Assembly (NCBI RefSeq): GCF_004010195.1
Contig: NC_057760.1
Coordinates: 2,378,295 to 2,437,398 of the forward strand
Length of the DNA: 59,104 nt
Source: Chiloscyllium plagiosum
Taxonomy: Eukaryota
Direction of reading: 5' to 3'
Shown here: piece by piece, positions 58,375 through 59,104 of the stretch
How the letters are laid out: the number at the start of each line of letters is the position of its first letter
Numbering within the stretch: the first letter of the stretch is position 1
The notes under the pieces: model-generated
Told to the model about the DNA's origin: nothing
What the model saw: only the letters and a program-made list of their open reading frames with translations
The model's database searches: none
Position numbers and translations under genes: made by a program

Positions 58375-59104
58375 GCACTGGGGGAGAGTCAGCGCTGAGG
58401 GAGGGGGCGCCGCACTGTCGGAGGGTCGGCGCTGAGGGAGGGGGCGCCGCACTGTCGGAAGGTCGGCGCTGAGGGAGGGGGCGCCGCACTGTCGGAGGGT
58501 CGGCGCTGAGGGAGTGGGCGCCGCACTGTCGGAGGGTCGGTGCTGAGGGGGCACCGCACTGTCGGAGGGTCGGCGCCGCACTGTCGGAGGGTCGGCGCTG
58601 AGGGAGTGGGCGCCGCACTGTCGGAGGGGGGGCGCCGCCCTGTCGGAGGGTCGGCGCTGAGGGTGGGGGCGCCGCCCTGTCGGAGGGTCGGCGCTGAGGG
58701 AGTGGGCGCCGCACTGTCGGAGGGTCGGTGCTGAGGGGGCACCGCACTGTCGGAGGGTCGGCGCCGCACTGTCGGAGGGTCGGCGCTGAGGGGGCACCGC
58801 ACTGTCGGAGGGTCGGCGCCGCACTGTCGGAGGGTCGGCGCTGAGGGGGCACCGCACTGTCGGAGGGTCGGCGCCGCACTGTCGGAGGGTCGGCGCTGAG
58901 GGGGCACCGCACTGTCGGAGGGTCGGCGCCGCACTGTCGGAGGGTCGGCGCTGAGGGGGCACCGCACTGTCGGAGGGTCGGCGCCGCACTGTCGGAGGGT
59001 CGGCGCTGAGGGGGCGCCGCACTGTCGGAGGGTCGGCGCTGAGGGAGTGGGCGCCGCACTGTCGGAGGGGGGGCGCCGCCCTGTCGGAGGGTCGGCGCTG
59101 AGGG
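58375..59104 (-). repeat. 33-bp family minisatellite in reverse orientation, with mixed ~20-bp and ~32-35-bp units, running off the window
   Basis: gcgccgcactgtcggagggtcggcgctgagggag repeated. Confidence 0.96.

Noticed and set aside
54797..59059. 190-360 aa repetitive ORFs at 54.8-55.9 kb and 58.3-59.1 kb
   Set aside because: Same minisatellite artefact.

Overview
Vertebrate genomic DNA, most likely from a shark or other elasmobranch (inferred from HE1-type V-SINEs, HER1/CR1 LINEs and Penelope-type termini). The only gene I can identify is the 3' part of INTS3 (Integrator complex subunit 3) on the minus strand. Nine GT-AG coding exons lie between 57881 and 33302. An expected internal segment (IQSLDW...RREK) and the terminal exon are not visible and probably fall in N gaps. 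The rest is repeat-rich. It holds CR1 LINE relics, HE1 SINEs, Penelope-like termini with minimal hammerhead-ribozyme cores, and a decayed Gypsy-type LTR element with the Gmr1 domain order (gag-PR-IN-RT-RH). Several minisatellites are present, including a 42-bp array with an inverted 301-bp higher-order core and a 6.3-kb, 79% GC 33-bp array that generates the spurious >2000-aa ORFs. At 11.5-12.95 kb a non-repetitive block has YY1/ETS/GC-box promoter motifs, a candidate minus-strand exon and a cluster of about 8 DMRT/doublesex-like motifs. That block is the most interesting unexplained signal. There are four N gaps. I found no strong evidence for a wholly new biological system. Family names come from recalled consensus motifs, not database searches.
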